This document shows positions 28,838-37,798 of a DNA stretch of 64,000 bases, piece by piece. Origin of the DNA: Verrucomicrobiota bacterium. Lineage in GTDB: Bacteria; Verrucomicrobiota; Verrucomicrobiia; Limisphaerales; CANJXF01. The stretch is from positions 35,868-99,867 of the forward strand of contig JBBQRQ010000005.1 in assembly GCA_038214755.1 (NCBI GenBank), in the 5' to 3' direction. The first letter of the stretch is position 1. Every line of letters begins with the position of its first letter. The notes beneath the pieces are model-generated. The model saw only the letters and a program-made list of their open reading frames with translations, had not been told where the DNA came from and did not search any database. A program made the translations under genes and the position numbers.

Positions 28838-29968
28838 GTGCAAATTCCAAAAAACATGCGCGCCCTAGTCTATCGTGGGATCAACGATCTTCGCGTCGAG
28901 ACCATTCCAGTGCCTTCGATCAAGCCCGACGAAATTTTGGTTAAAGTCGCCGTCTGCGGGGTTTGCCCCACCGACATCAAAAAAATCCAATACGGCACGG
29001 TCCCTCCACCCAGAATTTTTGGCCACGAAACTTCTGGAACGATTGCCCGTGTCGGTGCGCGCGTGAAAAAATTTCGCGTCGGCGATCGCGTCGGTTTGCA
29101 TCATCACGTTCCCTGTTTGAAATGCCATGTCTGCCGTCACGGCACATTCGCGCAATGCAAGGCTTACAAACGCACCGGCATTACCGCCGGCTTCGAACCG
29201 GCGGGAGGCGGCTACGCGGAATATGTTCGCGTCATGCCTTTCGTTTTTCCCGGCATTGTAAAAATCCCCGCGAAAAATAGTTTCATCGAAGGCGCGATGC
29301 TCGAGCCGGTCAACACGGTTCTCAAAGCGGTCAATCGCCTGAACATTTTGCGCGGTGATTACGTGCTCGTCGTCGGCCAAGGCCCAATTGGGTTGATCTT
29401 CACGCGCCTGCTTTTTTTGCGGGGAATAAAAGTCATCGCCAGCGATTTGCTCGAACCGCGTTTGCTGTTGGCAAAAAATTTTGGCGCGCAATGCACTCTA
29501 AACCCGACGAATTTTCTCCCTCTCCTCGGGGGAGAGGGCCGGGGTGAGGGCGAGGGTTCTTCTCTCTCAGAAACCGTCGCACACATCACGCGAAAAAAAT
29601 TATTGGACGCATCCATCATAGCCGTCCCATCGAACGCTGCGGTGGGCTGGAGCGAGCAATTGATTCGCGGCGGCGGCCAGCGACTTTTGTTTGCCCACAC
29701 GCGACGCGGAGAAAAATTTCCTCTCGATCTGTCCTCCGTCTGCATCGATGAAAAAGATCTTTTAGGAAGCTATTCCACGGACATCAGGTTGCAGAGAGAA
29801 GTGGCCCGAATCGTTTTTTCCCGCCGCCTCGATATCCGCAAACTCATCACCCACGAATTCGCCCTTGAAAACGCCGCGCAAGCCATCCAACTCGCCGCCC
29901 AGCCCGCCGCCGAATCCCTAAAAATCGTCGTCCGTTGTAGCGGCGCGTCTATGACCGCCTCTGCTTGA
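28838..29968 (+). CDS. Zn-dependent alcohol dehydrogenase (MDR family)
   Basis: GVCPTD, GHE, CxxCxxC...C, VGQGPIG. Confidence 0.9.
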   Translation: MQIPKNMRALVYRGINDLRVETIPVPSIKPDEILVKVAVCGVCPTDIKKIQYGTVPPPRIFGHETSGTIARVGARVKKFRVGDRVGLHHHVPCLKCHVCRHGTFAQCKAYKRTGITAGFEPAGGGYAEYVRVMPFVFPGIVKIPAKNSFIEGAMLEPVNTVLKAVNRLNILRGDYVLVVGQGPIGLIFTRLLFLRGIKVIASDLLEPRLLLAKNFGAQCTLNPTNFLPLLGGEGRGEGEGSSLSETVAHITRKKLLDASIIAVPSNAAVGWSEQLIRGGGQRLLFAHTRRGEKFPLDLSSVCIDEKDLLGSYSTDIRLQREVARIVFSRRLDIRKLITHEFALENAAQAIQLAAQPAAESLKIVVRCSGASMTASA

Positions 29969-30054
29969 GCGCTCCTGACGTAAGAATTCAACGATTCAAC
30001 GATTCAACGATTTTTCGCCTTGAATGAAAGAACGCTTTAAGTCATATCAGAGCC

Positions 30055-30279
30055 ATGGTGGCCGATGAATTGAAAAAATTGCTGCGCGACTCAGCCTTCC
30101 GTCCGTTCAGTATTCACGCGGAAGGCAAGGACTTTCTCATTTCTCACCCCGAATTCGCCGCCCTCTCCCCTCGAGGAGATACGCTGATCATCTTTCACCA
30201 GCATGACAGCGCATTTGAAATCGTGGACGTTCCACTGATCGCACGGGCAGCAGTCCATGAAGCCACAAAAGGACATTGA
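30055..30279 (+). CDS. Small hypothetical protein (PVC-type FRPF...HPE family)
   Basis: AFRPFSIH...ISHPEF; clean ORF between octamer arrays. Confidence 0.6.
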   Translation: MVADELKKLLRDSAFRPFSIHAEGKDFLISHPEFAALSPRGDTLIIFHQHDSAFEIVDVPLIARAAVHEATKGH

Positions 30280-30440
30280 ACGATCGTCCCATCATCCCGC
30301 GCTCCAACAATTCAACGATTTAACGCTTCAACGATTTAACGATTTAAACGATTTAACGTTTCGCTTTCTGTTTCAATTTTCTGCTTTTTTCTTCCAGTTT
30401 TAGGGCTTGAATATGGGCGTCCGTGATGCAGGATTTATCC

Positions 30441-30716
30441 ATGGCGAGCAACACCATTCCCTTAGCCGTGCCGAACGATCTGCTCAAAGCAATCCGCGAA
30501 GCCGCGCACCGCACCGATCTATCGCAAGCCGACGTGATGCGGCAGAGCATGAAAGCGGGGCTGCCCAGGCTCCTTGAACAGTTTCAGGGGCAGCACGCCC
30601 TGAAACCTTTCACCAAAGAGGAGGCCAAGCGGGCCTTTGGTCCTGACCCGGAGTGGGATCCCATCGAGCGAGCCTTGGCGCGACGGCAGCGCCGACGCAC
30701 CCCGGAGGCCGAATGA
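30441..30716 (+). CDS. Ribbon-helix-helix-like antitoxin
   Basis: IPLAVPNDLLKAIREAA...SQADVMRQ; ATGA overlap with toxin. Confidence 0.7.
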   Translation: MASNTIPLAVPNDLLKAIREAAHRTDLSQADVMRQSMKAGLPRLLEQFQGQHALKPFTKEEAKRAFGPDPEWDPIERALARRQRRRTPEAE

Positions 30717-31036
30717 AAGCCTGGGACATTTTCAGCTATCAACCCGAGGGATTTCCTGAACCGCACCCTTGCGTGATCGTGTCTCATTCGGCGCGCGTGG
30801 CGAACAAACCGGAGGTCAACATCCTCATGTGCTCATCGAAACGCGCCACCCGCAGCGCGGAAGTTCACGAGACGATCCTGGATGAATCCGACGGGTTGGA
30901 TTGGCCGACGCTCTGTCGGTGCGATCTTCTCCTGGACGTGCCGAAAGCGGAGTTGAAACAACGGCGCGGTCGAGTAACGGATCAACGCCGTCGGCAAATC
31001 ATCGCGACAATCAATCGCGCGAACGATTGGGTTTAA
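30713..31036 (+). CDS. MazF/PemK-like toxin
   Basis: HPCVIVS, GLDWPTLCRCD, RRGRV. Confidence 0.75.
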   Translation: MKAWDIFSYQPEGFPEPHPCVIVSHSARVANKPEVNILMCSSKRATRSAEVHETILDESDGLDWPTLCRCDLLLDVPKAELKQRRGRVTDQRRRQIIATINRANDWV

Positions 31037-31052
31037 AAAAACTTTTCAACGC

Positions 31053-31140
31053 ACGCCTCAACGATTCAACGCCTCAACGATTCAACGATTCAACGATTCA
31101 ACGATTCAACGATTCAACGATTCAACGATTCAACGATTCA
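31053..31140 (+). repeat. ACGATTCA octamer array (11 units, two variant ACGCCTCA)
   Basis: Direct count. Confidence 0.95.
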
Positions 31141-31144
31141 ACGA

Positions 31145-31270
31145 AAAAAACGGTCGTCGCCGTCATCGATACCAACGTCCTTGTTTCTGGCATCTTCTGG
31201 AACGAAGCCTCCCGCCGCGTGTTGATCGCGTTTGCGGACCGACAATATTTTTTATCGGCGGCGGGTGTTT
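31145..31270 (+). pseudogene. PIN toxin N-terminal remnant
   Basis: VAVIDTNVLVSGIFW with no start codon and no C-terminal part. Confidence 0.7.
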
Positions 31271-31276
31271 TAATCC

Positions 31277-31717
31277 TCAGCTTGGTTTGATGGCTTGCAA
31301 TCCTGCGGCTTTGGCCAGTTCAAACTGAGCGTCGTCGAAGGTGACCAACGTTTCGACCGCGAGTTCCACGGCGTAGGCGACGTGAAGAAGATCGGCGGCG
31401 CGGGACGGCTGGGACAAAGCGTGTTCCGCGCTGATGTCGTGGGCGGCGCGGAGCACGTCGCGCCAATCGGCTTCGCGATGGATGAAGTAACCCAGGCGCA
31501 CGTCGCGCTCTAAAAAAACCACCCCCTGGCGCGCTTCCGCCAGGGAAATTTTTTGCAGGGGCAACTGGCGAATGGTGTTGAAATTTTCGACGCGGTTCCA
31601 CGGGGACCAGACCAATCCCTTATCCTCGTTCTCCTCGAAAAAATCAACGGTCGCTTCGTGGTGTTTCTCCACTGCCATCTTCAGGGCGATCCAAAAACTG
31701 GTATCACCGTAAATCAT
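31277..31717 (-). CDS. vapC: VapC/PIN toxin
   Basis: IYGDTSF, RAADLLHVA, VTFD acidic catalytic set. Confidence 0.85.
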   Translation of the reverse strand: MIYGDTSFWIALKMAVEKHHEATVDFFEENEDKGLVWSPWNRVENFNTIRQLPLQKISLAEARQGVVFLERDVRLGYFIHREADWRDVLRAAHDISAEHALSQPSRAADLLHVAYAVELAVETLVTFDDAQFELAKAAGLQAIKPS

Positions 31718-31943
31718 CGGCGCTGATCTTTCAGAAACTCCACCACGTCAAATTTCTTGCCGTTGCGTGACTTGACCATTTTGGCTTCGCGGCGCAGTTC
31801 TGCGATGTCTTTGCGCGGACGAGCGGCGGCTTTGGTGATGATGAGGTCTGGTCATTGCTGGTCACGAGGATGGATTCCCCCGGCTGGAGGCCGCGGGCCA
31901 CGCCGGGCGTGTGAAAAAACCCTTGCGTGCTGATCGTTTTCAT
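31714..31943 (-). pseudogene. Phd-like antitoxin, frameshifted near 31850
   Basis: MKTIST...GESILVT, then PDLIITK...DQRR* in a shifted frame ending in ATGA overlap with vapC. Confidence 0.7.
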
Positions 31944-32050
31944 AACTGCCGGACAGGCTTCCCCAAGCTGGGCGAGTTTTCAATTTCTAAAAAAAAGAAT
32001 TGATTTTCCACGGCGCTTCTCTCCTCTGCTTTCTGCTTTTTTGTTGCACA

Positions 32051-32178
32051 ACGATTCAACGATTCAACGATTCAACGATTCAACGATTCAACGATTCAAC
32101 GATTCAACGATTCAACGATTCAACGATTCAACGATTCAACGATTCAACGATTCAACGATTCAACGATTCAACGATTCA
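32051..32178 (+). repeat. ACGATTCA x16 perfect tandem array
   Basis: 128 nt, direct count. Confidence 0.97.
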
Positions 32179-32234
32179 CGAATTGGGACTGGAAAATGGC
32201 TTGAACAAAACGACAACTGATATACTTTCGTTTT

Positions 32235-32441
32235 GTGAAAACCGAACGCGTCAACAGCACACGAGTCGCTTCCAGCAAGACCTACGTGGTGGAAAATTAC
32301 GGCCAGGCCCCAGCGGTGGTGATTCACCCTGACGAGTTCAAGCCCAGAAAATTTGACCTGCAAGAGCACTCCGCCAAGGTCAAGGCATCGGCTCCACTTA
32401 AATTGAGCCAGGTGGAAATCCACCGATCCACTGAAGTGTGA
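32235..32441 (+). CDS. Putative antitoxin
   Basis: 68 aa, YVVENYGQAPAVV; GTGA overlap with PIN gene. Confidence 0.5.
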   Translation: MKTERVNSTRVASSKTYVVENYGQAPAVVIHPDEFKPRKFDLQEHSAKVKASAPLKLSQVEIHRSTEV

Positions 32442-32915
32442 TTTACCTCGACGCCAATGTCTTGATTGCCGCTGTGGCGAGCGTGCCGGAAGAAAATCGG
32501 ACAGAGCAAGTCGAGCGGCTCCTGCGATCCACTGAACAGCCCTTTTACGTCTCCGCCCTGGGCGATTTACGAAGCGAGAAAGCATTTGCTCACCGGCGGC
32601 GGGGGAGACGAGCATCTTGCGCGGCTCGACGCTTTGATCGCCCACAGACTGAGTTTCAATGCGGCATGGGATGTCGCCGCGCTCCAGGCCTTGAAACTCG
32701 CCCGGCAATTCAAAGAGCGTCTGGCCGTCGATTCCGCGGATACACTCCACGTAGGATGGGCGCTGGCGTTAGGCTCCGAGACATTTGCTTCCTTTGATCG
32801 ACAGAGCGGCCCGCGTCCACTGGAATTGTCCGTCGGACTCAAACTCTGGCCGAAACCAGAGCCGAAAGATTTTGAGGCCATGAGCCGGCTCAAGCCTAAA
32901 AAACTTTCTCGCTGA
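32438..32915 (+). pseudogene. vapC: VapC/PIN toxin with frameshift near 32560
   Basis: IYLDANVLI...VSAL in one frame, AIYEAR...DSADTLHV...SFD in the next; one extra G in ctgggcg. Confidence 0.8.
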
Positions 32916-33212
32916 ATCGCGCCACGAGAAAAGTTGAAAGTTGAAAGTTGAAAGTTGAAAGGAGAAAAGGGGGAAAAAGAAGCTTTCAACTTTCTGCTTT
33001 TTGTTGCGATAACGATTTAACGATTTAACAATTTAACGATTTTCTCCTTTACTCCCCTCGCGCCAGCAGGCATAACACTCTCCATTCAGGAGCAAAAACC
33101 GATTGAAAAAATTCCCGGAAAAAAATATTTAAAAAAAAGTTGAAAAAATAATTGACTAAAATTTCAGTTTCTGGGAAAGTCTCTCCAACACGCGGAAACA
33201 ATAAACAAAAAT

Positions 33213-33854
33213 ATGAGAACAAAAACACTATTCTTAACGGCTGTCCTTGGCGTCGCTTCAATTGCGACTTCAATGGCACAGGTCTTTTCAGTCAACGTGG
33301 TTGGTTATGTAAACCGAACTAATGCCCCCGGATTTTCGATATTAAATAATCCCCTTGACACTACTAATAACACTTTGACCTCGTTGATTCCGGCGCCTCC
33401 AGCGAATACCGTTATTTATAAATTCGTTGGGAACAATTTCCAAATCGCCACTTTTGCGTTGGATGATAATAACAACTTGAACTGGGACAATAACCTCACC
33501 TTAGCGCCTGGCGATGGTGCGTGGATTCGAAATCCAACTTCCAGTAATCTCGTTATTACGTTTGTAGGTGAAGTCATCCAAGGCACGACGACTAATCCTA
33601 TTCCGGCTGGGTTCTCCCTGAAAGGATCAAAGGTTCCCCAAGCTGGACAATTGGACACCGTTTTAGGTTATCCCCCCTCTGCTAATGATGTGGTTTATCT
33701 TTACCGCGCCGGAAACTACAAAGTTTGCACCTATGCGCTCGATGACAACAACGTTTTGAACTGGGATAATATTCCGGATCCAAACGTGGCCGAGGGATTC
33801 TGGATCAGAACCCAAGTTGCAAAGAATTGGGTGCGCACATTTACGGTGAATTAA
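33213..33854 (+). CDS. Secreted beta-rich protein (verrucomicrobial SVNVVGY family) with internal duplication
   Basis: Signal peptide, VFSVNVVGYVN, two ALDDNNxLNWD halves; AT-rich upstream region. Confidence 0.75.
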   Translation: MRTKTLFLTAVLGVASIATSMAQVFSVNVVGYVNRTNAPGFSILNNPLDTTNNTLTSLIPAPPANTVIYKFVGNNFQIATFALDDNNNLNWDNNLTLAPGDGAWIRNPTSSNLVITFVGEVIQGTTTNPIPAGFSLKGSKVPQAGQLDTVLGYPPSANDVVYLYRAGNYKVCTYALDDNNVLNWDNIPDPNVAEGFWIRTQVAKNWVRTFTVN

Positions 33855-33882
33855 ACCAAACAAAACTAGCAGAAACACAGAT

Positions 33883-34494
33883 ATGAAAAAAACCATCCTA
33901 ATATTAGCAATCGCCAACCTCACCGTATTTAGCTACGGACAGGGTTTTGTAACCTTTAATAATAATAACGGATCAGCAACTCCGGCGGTTATAGCTCCGA
34001 TCACAGATAGTGATGGAACCACGCGGGTCGGTGGTGCAGCATACTACGCTCAGTGTTACGCTGCCGACGGTGCTAATGCTTCCTCAAATTCGTTAACTGC
34101 TAAAGGATTCGCGGTTAACCTCCGTACCAGTGCTAATGCGGGATTTTTCCAAACGAGTGGAACCGCTGCGGGCGCACAGGGAAGTCAACCTGTCTCGCCT
34201 TCCGTTGCTGTCACCGCCGCTAATGGGGGAACTGTGACAATACAAGTTCGTGTCTGGTCTAGTACATTCGCCACATATGAAGCCGCATTAAGTGCATACA
34301 CCGCAAATCCCAACGGTGGGGTACGGGTAGGTGCCTCGACACCCTTCAATGTTGCTAGTGTAGCCCCGCCGGGGACACCAGCCGACCTGCAGGGTTTAGC
34401 AGGTTTCTCGCTTCAACCTATCCCTGAGCCTTCAACAATTGCTCTCGGAATTCTCGGTGCCGGTTCGTTGTTATTCCTTCGCCGCAAGAAATAA
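33883..34494 (+). CDS. PEP-CTERM sorting domain protein
   Basis: Signal peptide and C-terminal IPEPSTIALGILGAGSLLFLRRKK. Confidence 0.93.
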   Translation: MKKTILILAIANLTVFSYGQGFVTFNNNNGSATPAVIAPITDSDGTTRVGGAAYYAQCYAADGANASSNSLTAKGFAVNLRTSANAGFFQTSGTAAGAQGSQPVSPSVAVTAANGGTVTIQVRVWSSTFATYEAALSAYTANPNGGVRVGASTPFNVASVAPPGTPADLQGLAGFSLQPIPEPSTIALGILGAGSLLFLRRKK

Positions 34495-34510
34495 GTTTTT
34501 TAATTCACAC

Positions 34511-34540
34511 AAGCCGCTCTGCAAAGAGCGGCTTTTTTTT
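34511..34540 (+). terminator. Rho-independent terminator
   Basis: aagccgctct-gcaa-agagcggctt stem followed by T run. Confidence 0.85.
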
Positions 34541-34589
34541 GTACGAGTTGACACAAAGAACTTGTTAAATAAGCTGCCTCTCGGATTCA

Positions 34590-34664
34590 GGCGCGTTCGT
34601 CTATCAGTTAGGACACGGCCCTCTCAAGGCTGAAAGACGGGTGCGATTCCCGTACGCGCTACCA
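34590..34664 (+). tRNA. tRNA-Glu(CTC), copy 1
   Basis: Cloverleaf: acceptor ggcgcgt/acgcgct, anticodon loop ct-CTC-aa, T arm, CCA end. Confidence 0.93.
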
Positions 34665-34793
34665 ATTTAGGAAAAACTGAAAACTGAAAGCTGAAAACTG
34701 AAATCATTTCAACTTTCAACTTTCAACTTTTCACGATGCGTGTCTGGATTTGCCGCTTGAAGAACGGCGCGTTTGAGGGATAATTTCAGGCTA

Positions 34794-35021
34794 ATGAGCG
34801 TTTTACGAGTTTCGACGGCCCAGTTTAAAGACAACATGAGGCCATTGGTGCAGAGGGCCAAGACGGGTGAAGTGGTGATTGTAACGAGCCACGGTGAGGA
34901 TGAATTTCAAGTGGTGCCTTGTGTGCCGGAGGGACAACCTCCGGTGTTATCCGGTCTGATCAGAGCGGAGGAGTACAAGGGCATCAATATCGATGAACCG
35001 GGTTTTGAGCCTTTCAAATGA
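34794..35021 (+). CDS. Phd/YefM antitoxin
   Basis: VSTAQFKDNM...GEVVIVTSHG; ATGA overlap. Confidence 0.8.
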   Translation: MSVLRVSTAQFKDNMRPLVQRAKTGEVVIVTSHGEDEFQVVPCVPEGQPPVLSGLIRAEEYKGINIDEPGFEPFK

Positions 35022-35425
35022 AAGCGCTGCTGGATTCGGGAATATGGTGGCGGCACGCTTTGGAGCTTCCAATGTCTTCATCGTTGTCGAATTTTTTACG
35101 CGATGAAGTCACGGAATGGTGGCTTTCGCCTCTTTCCATATCCGAGATGCTTTACAAGGTGACGCATCGCAAATTTCCTGCGCCCAATAAACCAGGATGG
35201 ATCGCGGAATCGTTAAACGGCTATCGGCTGGCGCCTTTTTCTTTTGAGGCGGGACAACTGGCGGGCGAATGGCCTTGGGAGCATGGTGATCCGGTGGACC
35301 GTTGCCTGGCGGCAATTGCCACCACGCAAAGATTGACGCTGATCCACACCGATATCGTACTGAAAGATTTGCAAGGCTTTCCTCAGAAATTTTTTCCGTT
35401 AAAAAATCCGTCCGCAAAAAGTTAA
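35018..35425 (+). CDS. vapC: VapC/PIN toxin
   Basis: LLDSG, SPLSISE, HGDPVDRCL. Confidence 0.85.
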   Translation: MKALLDSGIWWRHALELPMSSSLSNFLRDEVTEWWLSPLSISEMLYKVTHRKFPAPNKPGWIAESLNGYRLAPFSFEAGQLAGEWPWEHGDPVDRCLAAIATTQRLTLIHTDIVLKDLQGFPQKFFPLKNPSAKS

Positions 35426-35501
35426 AAACTTTTCCCGCCAGGCTCCTCTTGCGTGCAGGCGACGTGTATTAGTCTTTTAGTATAACAAGGGAAATCAACA
35501 T

Positions 35502-35576
35502 GGCGCGTTCGTCTATCAGTCAGGACACGGCCCTCTCAAGGCTGAAAGACGGGTGCGATTCCCGTACGCGCTACCA
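35502..35576 (+). tRNA. tRNA-Glu(CTC), copy 2
   Basis: Identical to copy 1 except one D-loop base (agtTagg vs agtCagg). Confidence 0.93.
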
Positions 35577-35584
35577 ACTCCCTC

Positions 35585-35938
35585 GTAGCATCAGGCATCC
35601 TGCCTGACGTAGAGCCGGGGCTTCCAGCCCGGCGGAAAAAATCACAATCCACCAAACCGCCCCCATCTTTGTTCCGCAGATTCAATCAGAAACAAATTCT
35701 TTTAAAAATCCTCCATCATTTCATCCGGGCGGCGAGACGTCCGCCTCGTAGCGTCAGGCATCCTGCCTGACGTAGAGCCGAGGCATCCCGCCCGGCGGAG
35801 AAAACATCATCACAACCAAACCGCTCCAAACTTTCTCTCAACGTTTCGACAAAAAAATATAATTTCTGAAAAATTTTCATCGTTTCACCCGGGCGGCGAG
35901 ACGCGCGCCCTCTACGTCAGGCGAGACGCCAGACGCTC
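35585..35938. repeat. Double-hairpin REP units upstream of RAYT
   Basis: GTAG-cgtcaggc...gcctgac-GTAG-agccg...ccggcgga units at 35585 and 35748, inverted partners at ~35724 and ~35889. Confidence 0.88.
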
Positions 35939-35992
35939 CATCATTCGCATTCCGCCCTTGTCTTGGATTTCTAACCCTGCCAGCTATCGCTC

Positions 35993-36658
35993 ATGCCCGT
36001 TCCCAGCCAATCCAGTGGAAATTTCCCTCGTCCCGATTCTCTGGTCTCCGGCCTGCATTTCCGCGGCAAGCTGCCGCATCTAAAAAAAGAAGGCGTGGTT
36101 TATTTCGTTACGTTCCGGCTAAACGATTCCTTGCCCGCCCACGAAATCGTCCGGCTCAAGCACGAGCGCAAAACCATTTTGGAACAAGCTCGAGCCGCCC
36201 GGAGTCCATTGACATGGCATGAGGAAGAACAATTACTGGCTTGGTATTGCGACAAAGTCGAAGCGCTACTCGATGCTGGTCGTGGCGCATGTTGGTTAAG
36301 CAAAACCGAGGTGGCTGAACTCGTTGCGCGGGCGCTGAATTTTTTTGACGGCAAGCGATACGAACTTCGCGCCTGGGTGATCATGCCGAATCACGTTCAT
36401 GTCCTCGTCTGGCCTATAACCGGTCACACGTTGAGCGGGATATTGCACAGTTGGAAATCCTACACGAGCAAAGAGGCCAACAAACTTCTTGGTCGTAGCG
36501 GACAAACCTTCTGGCAAGCGGAATCATTCGATCACTGGATACGCAACGACGCTGAACACGCGCGCCTTGCAGCCTACGTCGAAAACAATCCCGTAAAAGC
36601 GGGCTTCTGCAAGCGTCCTGCAGAATGGATGTGGAGCAGCGCATACCAGCGTCTGTAA
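35993..36658 (+). mobile_element. REP-associated tyrosine transposase (RAYT, HUH/Y1 family)
   Basis: YFVTFRL, IMPNHVH, FWQAESFDHWIR, YVENNPVKAG, WMWSS; REP clusters on both sides. Confidence 0.92.
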
Positions 36659-36903
36659 CGTCAGGCATCTCGCCTGACGTAGAGCCGGAGCGTCTCGCCC
36701 GGCGGAAAAACAGTTCATCCTCCAGACACTCTGATCTTTTTCTGCGGCTCAAGGAAAAATCATCTCGGGAAAATTGTTTATCATTTCATCCGGGCGGCGA
36801 GACGCCCGCCCTCTACGTCAGCCGAGACGCCTGACGCTACAACAAATCCCGTGGCGTCAGGCATCCGGCCTGACGTAGAGCCGTGGCCTCTTGCCCGGCG
36901 GAA
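36655..36903. repeat. Double-hairpin REP units downstream of RAYT
   Basis: Units at 36655, ~36790 (inverted) and 36851. Confidence 0.88.
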
Positions 36904-36941
36904 AAAACACCCCGCAATCTCACCGATTAAAACTGTCGAGG

Positions 36942-37019
36942 CGGGTGCGATTCCCGTACGCGCTACCAATTTAGGAAAAACTGAAAACTGAAAACTGAAA
37001 TCATTTCAACTTTCAACTT
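36942..37019 (+). repeat. att-like direct repeat: tRNA-Glu 3' 27 nt plus downstream flank of copy 1
   Basis: Matches 34638-34730 apart from heptamer copy number. Confidence 0.9.
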
Positions 37020-37192
37020 CCCACCATCCCAAAGGGATTGAAATCACTCAGCCTAGCGTTGCGAGGACGAGCTACGCTGGGTCATCGTGGGAACAAATCA
37101 TCAACCTTGAAAAGGTTGAATCAAATCCTCTCTCACACCTTGAGCGATGCAACCCAACGGTGAAACATTCTGGCAGGACGGAAAAAAGTTTT

Positions 37193-37522
37193 TTAGGACA
37201 GCTCAAGCATCCAGCCGATTTTCTTTCGAACGGCTTCAATCACCTGCGGCTCGTAGCGCCCGGCGCGGCGATGAAAACGGTGATGTTCGACCGCTTCAAT
37301 ACCAAGCACCTTGGCGACTCCATCATCCGATCCAGGCATCCAACGGACTCGAGGCAGCGGCACCTCATATTTGCCATCTCGAATCGCCGTGGTGCATGGC
37401 ACACAAACACACAACGCTCTTTCAGGATCAGGGTCTTCGCGTGAGACAATCAGCAGCGGCCGAAATTTCGCCTTCATCCCCATATCCACCCACCAGACCT
37501 CACCAGGCTTTGTTTGGATCAT
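37193..37522 (-). CDS. MazF/PemK toxin
   Basis: GEVWWVD...RPLLIVS...VPCTT. Confidence 0.88.
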   Translation of the reverse strand: MIQTKPGEVWWVDMGMKAKFRPLLIVSREDPDPERALCVCVPCTTAIRDGKYEVPLPRVRWMPGSDDGVAKVLGIEAVEHHRFHRRAGRYEPQVIEAVRKKIGWMLELS

Positions 37523-37712
37523 AGAAGGATTCGATGGCTTTGGAGCGCAATTCCCACGGCGAAAGTGAGGGGGCTTCCCCCGTCGGTGCAAGCTCGGCTT
37601 TGGTAATCACCAGAAGCTCGCCATTTCGCATCACATATTGAGGATATTCGGACGCCCGGTCCAGGACATTGCCCAGATCCGCTTTCAACTCGCTCGGCTT
37701 CAGAACTGTCAT
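37500..37712 (-). CDS. Phd-like antitoxin
   Basis: SELKADLGNVLDRA...YVMRNG; overlaps toxin start. Confidence 0.7.
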   Translation of the reverse strand: MTVLKPSELKADLGNVLDRASEYPQYVMRNGELLVITKAELAPTGEAPSLSPWELRSKAIESFYDPNKAW

Positions 37713-37798
37713 AGAAAAATCCTACTGTGAACAGCCCTGACATCAAGCCTCAAACCTGGAAAAAGACAAGGAGATCGGTATTCGTATCAAGAACAGCT

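Noticed and set aside
32051..32178. Possible CRISPR array
   Set aside because: Pure 8-nt tandem repeat with no spacers; no cas genes in the window
31927..32332. ORFs with STIQRFND repeats (also 30901-31290) and EHRTSNI repeats (12265-12636)
   Set aside because: Translations of stop-free tandem arrays; no sign of real coding
35585..36903. REP units as CRISPR repeats
   Set aside because: Alternating orientation, degenerate copies, long irregular spacing; explained by the RAYT
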